Assembly: GCF_001194135.2 (NCBI RefSeq)
Contig: NC_068989.1
Coordinates: forward strand, 45,728,884 to 45,786,363
Direction of reading: 5' to 3'
From: Octopus bimaculoides
Taxonomy: Eukaryota
Length of the DNA: 57,480 nucleotides
The position numbers and the translations under genes are program-made. Below the pieces are notes generated by a model. The model saw only the letters and a list, made by a program, of their open reading frames with translations. It was not told the origin of the DNA and did no database searches. Below are positions 50,742 through 57,480 of this stretch, one piece after another (the stretch's first letter is position 1; the number at the start of each line of letters is the position of its first letter).

Positions 50742-50880
50742 GTACATACCCACATATATACATACATTACTTGGAGACACAAACCGTGTTATGAATGCCT
50801 GCATAGACACGTGTCTTCACAGCAAGAAACTTTTAGTAACTAGTATCTTTATACTGTGTACATTAAATTATACATATATA
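49625..50880. repeat. ~400-bp unit present as a tandem (50367-50770, partial 50768-50880) plus an inverted partial copy (49625-49850)
   Basis: ggagacacaa..gcatagacacgtgtcttca..aaattatac occurs twice; 49625-49850 is the reverse complement of ~50468-50680. Confidence 0.85.
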
Positions 50881-51914
50881 CACACACGCGCGCACGCACG
50901 AACACATACACGCACATACACGCACACACACACATACACAGACATATATACCCATATACCCACAAGGAACTGCCTAGTGCGTTTGAGCCCCAGACTATAT
51001 CATGGTTCTTAAGACAGAGTTACTCATGTATAACTGTATAAATTATATGTACTAAACTTCCATATTACATCAACTGTTCCGTACTTTATTACACGCTGTC
51101 GTCATATCATATATGCTATAATTAAATGCTATTTTTCCCATTTTTACTTTTTGCTATAACTCATAATGAAATTTGTGATATTTGCAAAATAATATCTGCT
51201 TTCAAAATAGAAATAAAGACAAAATTCTATCAATTTTCTAACTGATACAAATCGAACTCACATTCTAATTTCGAGGAAGCAACAACGAAAATTAATTGTA
51301 TAGACATAATGACTCAAATATTTCTTTACATTGTTTTCTGTTCTACTTCTTCCTAACTTTTCTTGTGTTATATGTACAATACATTGCACTTATTATATAC
51401 TGGCTACTTTTACGATCAGGAATGCATTTTCTTTGTTCTTTACTGGCATATAATGTTATATATAAGAATAATTGACGGCAATTTCCCGATACTTCAGGAA
51501 TTCCCGTGGGATAGGAACAAGTGTACATGTGTAGCATTTAACTTGTTTACTAAATTATTATATAATTCAGTCAGGCGCCTGCGCGGAGTTGTTTTCATAA
51601 TTTGCTGTCTGCTCTGTTCATTGAAAAAGCATTAAAAACCCGTCTTTGATAAGACAATGGTGTTTTTGTCTATACAGTTGTGTCCTTATCAAGATAATGG
51701 TGTCTATCAGCACAGTAGTGTTCTAATTGCTCCATAAACGTTTAGTTGTGTGCACACTAACACTTACACACATACATGTATGTATTGGTGTCTTTTTTAT
51801 GGGAAGTTATAAATAAAAAGTTAACATTAAATTGATGGATTGCTCGATAATTTTAGTAGCCTACATACTTCTAATTTTTCACAAGGAAAATGTTGACAGT
51901 GACTTCTAAATTTT

Positions 51915-52420
51915 GACGTTCTAGTCTTCATCAGATCGTGGTTTACTGGCATTATATATAATGTCTTCCTGGCATTATATATAATCTTTGGTGAGCTGCT
52001 TTTTTTGGAAGGTGGAATAATGTGAATGAATATGTGATGTCACGTAGGCAGGTAGCCGTAGTTATGTAGGAAGAGGTTTTGAGATGTACAAGAGGAAAGC
52101 ATGTCTTTGAAAGGTGTGGATTAAGAAAAAGGGATGGAGTTGTTTGGTTTGATAAGGGATGTCTATTATTGTTTGTTTATAGATGGATATTTATGTAAAT
52201 GAGTAAATTTTATCGGGGATTTTTTTGGCACATATGCCATTTTCAGATACCAATCTGTGTTGACGTTTTCTTCCCACAAATAAAGATTCCTTGTATAAAG
52301 GATGGCGTTGTTCTGTTTTACGGTTCATAAAAGAATAGTTATATATAATACCGGTCGAATTTGTCACGGACTAGGTGGAAGAGAAATAAACCTTAGTGTT
52401 CAAGTTAGAATCTATCCCTG
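51915..52420 (-). mobile_element. Probable PLE 3' remnant ending in a broken hammerhead
   Basis: Weak GIY-YIG-like remnants (GIFICGKK, FLNPH) followed by CUGAUGA-AGACUA-GAACGUC at 51915-51934. Confidence 0.45.
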
Positions 52421-54069
52421 TAAGTCTGTGTGGGAGTGTGCTTGCACTTTACTCTGATGGCTAATGTATAGTCTCTTTCACTAGTAATTATAGAAAAGGC
52501 ATTAGTTGGATAGAAAATATGTATTTGATCATAGGCATGTCCCTAAGTCAAAACTAGTCTTATAAATTACATATATATTACATAGTCTCATAAATTATAT
52601 TATAAATTATGTACAATATATGTATGGCCACATTACATAGTGTAGTATCACAAATTTAATACGTCAACAAATAATAGAAACTTTACGGCCTGAATATGTT
52701 TGATGATAAGATTTATTAACCAAGTCTAGCTTGGGGTTAAACAACTACAACAATAATAAAAAAAATCTCCTCCCATTCCGTTAATTACATCTGATGTCTC
52801 TAGTGCTGTTTCAAATTCTCTAACCACCGGCATCAATTTGATATCTCTGAGAGTATCTATCTCATTAATCCTACTCACATTGACAGCGTTTTCTTTGGTT
52901 ACTATTATGTCCACACAATTTTATTTCTCCCACGCATAACCCTATGTTTGCACAAAAGACAACTTGAAAGCGTGTGGCAGTGTGCGTCTTTGCCTAAACG
53001 TATCACTGATTAATGCAGTGACTGTCCAGATGACCTTCATTATTTTTATTAGCTCCAATAGACAATGTCTTACAACTATCTGATCGTCAGACCACTGCCT
53101 TATAAATTCTTTCATTATACTTACTATACGTTTACATTCTACATCACAGCTACCATCACTTAATGCTTGTATCAAGTCACGTAACCAGTCATAGTACAGG
53201 AAGATTCCGCTGAATGTATTTGGTAGTTAATGTGTTTGAGAAAGCATTCCTCCGCGTATGCCCTTCAAAATCCCCCACCCAGTGCGAACCCATAACTACA
53301 AAACCATTTGAAACTACTCAATTGAATTCTCAGAATACAGCCTAAAAAACCAGAAAACTCGTCATTATCCGGCAACTTTGTAAGATTTTCGCATGCACGC
53401 AACTACCTGGAGTCTCTGATCTTAAAAACAAAAAATACTGTAGTACTCCGCAAAACCAATAAATTCTTACGCCCACTAATTCTTACTGCACCATCTGGAA
53501 TCCCAGCACTCCCTTATTACGGTGACTCTCAAGGCATTACCCCCACATGTACTGCTTGTGCCGCTGGCCACTTCATAATACACACTGTGAGCGCAAAATT
53601 TTCCTTTCAATTTATAGACTCAGTAAGGGCGAATGGTTTAAGTATTTTACTTCGTAACCACGAATTGTGTAACTTCTTGATAAAGTATACTGTGTGGTTG
53701 AAGTTGAATAACCAGAAATTGTATAGATTGTATAGAAAGACAGAGTTAAATGGAGAAAGAGGAGAAACTGTGGCAGCGCTTATTTGATAGTTGGGCATTG
53801 AAGACATAGCTGATCTTTGTAGAATTTGAGGTCAGATAGTATTGAGCCGGAACAAATACTGTGGTCTGTGGTATCATTTGAGTTGACCATATAAATGTAT
53901 AACCGACATGTAATCATTAGTAACTTTTAAATGACAGGGTTAAATCTTCGAATTATTGGCGCGGCTTTAGTACAATTTTCATATTTATCTCCACTTAAAA
54001 ATGAATGTAGTGTTCGGAAACGGAATACTACGGCAGTTACCATGGGAGAAACACTTATATTCGCTTTTG

Positions 54070-54391
54070 GTGCATATGAACACTTTTGTTTACATCGCTA
54101 GCGGAGATATAAATCGCCCGCCATCGCCACTGCTGTGAGCACCAGGTTACGTGATTTCGGCCTTCCCGGGCCTTGTCAATGGTAGACGCTCGAATGCTGG
54201 ATATAGTAGTGATATCTCTGCTAGCGATATACAACGAATCACAGTGCTTAAACACGCGCAGGTGTCGCAAATAACCAGTGGGTTGACAAAGCCAGATAAG
54301 GTCGAAATTATGTGACCTGATAGTCAGCGGTGTCGATGATGATTGATTTATCTTCCAGCTAGCGATGTAAACAAGAGTGCTTATATGCACC
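54070..54391. mobile_element. MITE with ~46-bp TIRs
   Basis: ggtgcatatgaacacttttgtttacatcgctagcggagatataaatc / gatttatcttccagctagcgatgtaaacaagagtgcttatatgcacc. Confidence 0.85.
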
Positions 54392-55656
54392 TGAATCCAG
54401 TACGAGAGCTTCTGTCGTGGTAACTGTCACAGTATTTTGTGTTCTAACACAGCATCCACTTTTAAGTAGTGATAAATATTACCTTTTGGTATTAATATTG
54501 CTTCTGTCACTAATAATTAATGTACATCTATATAATTCAATCGGAAGCGCTGCCTCTACCAAAGCTCAAAGTGAGCGCGATAAGCTTGTGCACAGAACCC
54601 TTTGACTGCAAAGAGGTTTTCTTCATCACACGGGTATATACACATATTTCATTATAGCAAATTGATAAGTTTAGTAATTTCTTAACCTAAGAATTATTTC
54701 TTTAAAAGAGGGTTTTCAAATTATTCCTCATAGATTAAAATAATAATTTCACTTCATTTTCCAACCTTCAAAATGGCAATGTCTCTTCTTTCTATCAATT
54801 CTGCTATCAGAATATTTTTTCTTATACTTTGTATTCCCTAATTATAAACAAGCATTAACTGATATATTTCGAAATTAAATGAAATCGCTTCAGATATTTG
54901 TGTTACTTACCTACACACGCATACAAACACACAAGCAAACGCACACACATATAAACACATACATAAACACGCGTGCGCACGCATTCATACATGCATCCAG
55001 ACCGAGCGTAACAAACAAATAAATATACAGAAATTCTGTCGAGAAGATATACATCATACATTGTATAGGTTTGAATTAATGTAAAATGAAGTTCATGCCA
55101 TAATGAGGAGACAAACTGTTCGTATATCTTACGTATATTTACATATATATATACACGCACATACAGACACGAACGCACGCACGCACACACACAAGCGCGT
55201 GCACCCTTACATACACACACATGCACACAAACATAAATATGCTTACCTACGTATATACAAGCATACGTACTTATAAGGTATACGAGAGTCTACGATGTAT
55301 ATGACAATCTCTCTTATTAGGTAGAAATGGTTTTATATTAAACGTTGATTTAAACGTAAGGCTTCCAAAGTAAATATTAACGATATTTCGGAGTATGAAT
55401 CCGTTCAGTTCTCATCGATAACTCCAAGACTGTCAGCTATCGTAATTGATACAGAGCCGAGTACTAAGTATCAATACTATACTTTAGGTATACGCAACGT
55501 CTACACAGCTACCCTTTATTTGATAAGTGATGACATTATATATATATATGAATGTTTGTTTTTATGTTCAGTTATAATGAAAACAATTTTACATTGATCT
55601 GATGTGTAACTCTATACTTTGGTAGAGTACAAATTTATAAAAAAGAATGTTGTTGC

Positions 55657-55731
55657 CAGTGACTTCGCAGTTTCGGCTAGCTAACCCATCGTCGAGCCAT
55701 GGCTCGGTTAGCCGAAACTTTGAAGTCATTG
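55657..55731. repeat. Nested palindrome (hairpin) element
   Basis: cagtgacttc..agtttcggcta..acc / ggttagccgaaact..gaagtcattg with central gagccatggctc. Confidence 0.85.
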
Positions 55732-55760
55732 ACTGTCAACATCATTCTAGTATGTGTGTG

Positions 55761-55805
<45 letters not shown>

Positions 55806-55978
55806 TCTGCGTTCACTCTCCGAAATTTCATGTAATTAAACATTCTTATTATTGTATTTTGGGTGGTGGCGGCGGAGACTGGTATTTTTCAAGGGAAAAG
55901 CTCGGTTACATGAACTTGACTGGTGGTTGTTCTCGTCCACGAAATGATGAAAGACTAGGAAGAATCTGATGAAATACT

Positions 55979-56210
55979 TATTTCTTTATTGCCCACAAGG
56001 GGCTAAACGTAAAGGGGACAAACAAGGACAGACAAAGGGATTAAGGCGATTACATCGACCCCAGTGCGTAACTGGTATTTAATTTACAGACCCCGAAAGG
56101 ATGAAAGGCAAAGTCGACCTCGGCGGAATTTTAACTCAGAACGTAACGGCAGACGAAATATCGCTCAGTATTTCACCCTGCGTGCTAACGATTCTGCCAT
56201 CTCGCCGCCT
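55979..56210 (-). mobile_element. SINE type B with alternative 3' tail and 10-bp TSD
   Basis: atgaaatact at 55969-55978 and 56211-56220. Confidence 0.9.
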
Positions 56211-56369
56211 ATGAAATACTGCTGACGAAATACTGATAAAATACGGCTTATCATTTTGTCCGACACGCTAACGATTCTGCTTACACATTGTGACCGAAGA
56301 AGATCTTCATTGACCATTATGAACATTGTACACTCAAACAAATTTATACTTCACACTTGCGGCTCTGCT

Positions 56370-56860
56370 GGTGACTAATCAGTCCAACTCTCGATAGACA
56401 TACACCTCCGCGGATAATGCAGACCAAACTATTCCCATTCACAACACTGGAGGTGTGTTTTCGAGCAACTCGCTTAAGTTCAGCATGCAAGATGCTCGTT
56501 TCTTCACAAATACCCATTCCTGCCTTTATTTGTTTCCTCTGTCGGTGGTGATGACAAGCTTTACTTTCCTAATTGACCTTTCATATCTAACATGTGAGGT
56601 CTGGACATGATATGATAGCTATCTCTCGTAGTGCGGGGAATGTGGTTTTGCAATTTCTTACTGAACACCCTGCACGAATGATTTGTTTACAGTCATGAAA
56701 TGTTTGTCTTCTGCATTAGCTCACTCACTCAAGCAAATTTACATTGCTTGAACAGGTGCACGATGTACCACATCTCAGGTGTCGACGGGATCGTAATGCC
56801 ACTAGAGATGAAGCGTTTTGATTAAGAACACAGTGACCGTGAGTGCAACAGTAAACCACT
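56370..56860 (-). mobile_element. RTE LINE 3' fragment
   Basis: RHLRCG (RRLRW-like) and GVCLSRVGLISHQ terminal motif. Confidence 0.7.
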
Positions 56861-57270
56861 AGGCCATGCATCCTCACAGATATGGACATACCTACAGACA
56901 AATAGACTGATTGACAGACAGCCAGAGCGAGAAATGTTGTTGTAAATAGCATCAAAGAAAGATATTTATTTACTTTTAGCAACCACAATAATCTAAAGTT
57001 AAGTTAACATCTTCGGAGTTATAAAAACTATAAGTGTTCATGTCTTCGAGAGTCATGATTAAAGCGCGAAGAGTCAGAAGCAATCATGGCTGAAGGCTAA
57101 AAATACATAATTTATATTAAGGTATTTGACAGACAGAACCATTAATCAAAAGAAATAGATGTGAATAATGATGTTTATTTCTGGACTTAGTAGTCCTATA
57201 GTATTAGTATATAAATTTACAAATTTATATTTATATAAACACGCACTCAAACACAACGGATGCAATCAAC

Positions 57271-57316
<46 letters not shown>

Positions 57317-57413
57317 GTGTGTATGTGTGTTTGTGTGTGTTTGTGTGTGTGTGTGTGTGTTTGTCTGCCTGTCTGTATCTGTTCCCCTCTCTCTCTCTCT
57401 CTATCTCTCCCTG

Positions 57414-57480
<67 letters not shown>

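Noticed and set aside
141-57480. Many ORFs rich in Y/I/T/H/C/V or X in the ORF track
   Set aside because: They are translations of (TA)n, (CA)n, (TACA)n or (GA)n microsatellites and N-gaps.

Overview
AT-rich, microsatellite-dense eukaryotic DNA with N-gaps flanked mostly by (TA)n. The SINE, LINE and mariner content matches what I recognise from octopus genomes; the species is an inference. No host protein-coding gene, rRNA, tRNA gene or CRISPR array can be supported, and most ORF-track entries are microsatellite or gap artefacts. The window is a transposon graveyard: a decayed Penelope-like element (PLE), mariner, maT/Tc1, piggyBac and Merlin relics, RTE, CR1, L1/Tx1 and R4-like LINE fragments, three SINE types and many MITE or hairpin elements. 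The most notable signal is a set of minimal type I hammerhead ribozyme (HHR) motifs. One has a fully canonical core (29504-29600, minus strand). Three sequence-unrelated elements (about 20450-20785, 35672-35983, 43121-43697) each carry an inverted, divergently oriented pair of HHR-like motifs. Further decayed copies lie at about 49462 and 51915. All alignments and translations were done by eye, so boundaries are approximate unless TIR or TSD positions are given.
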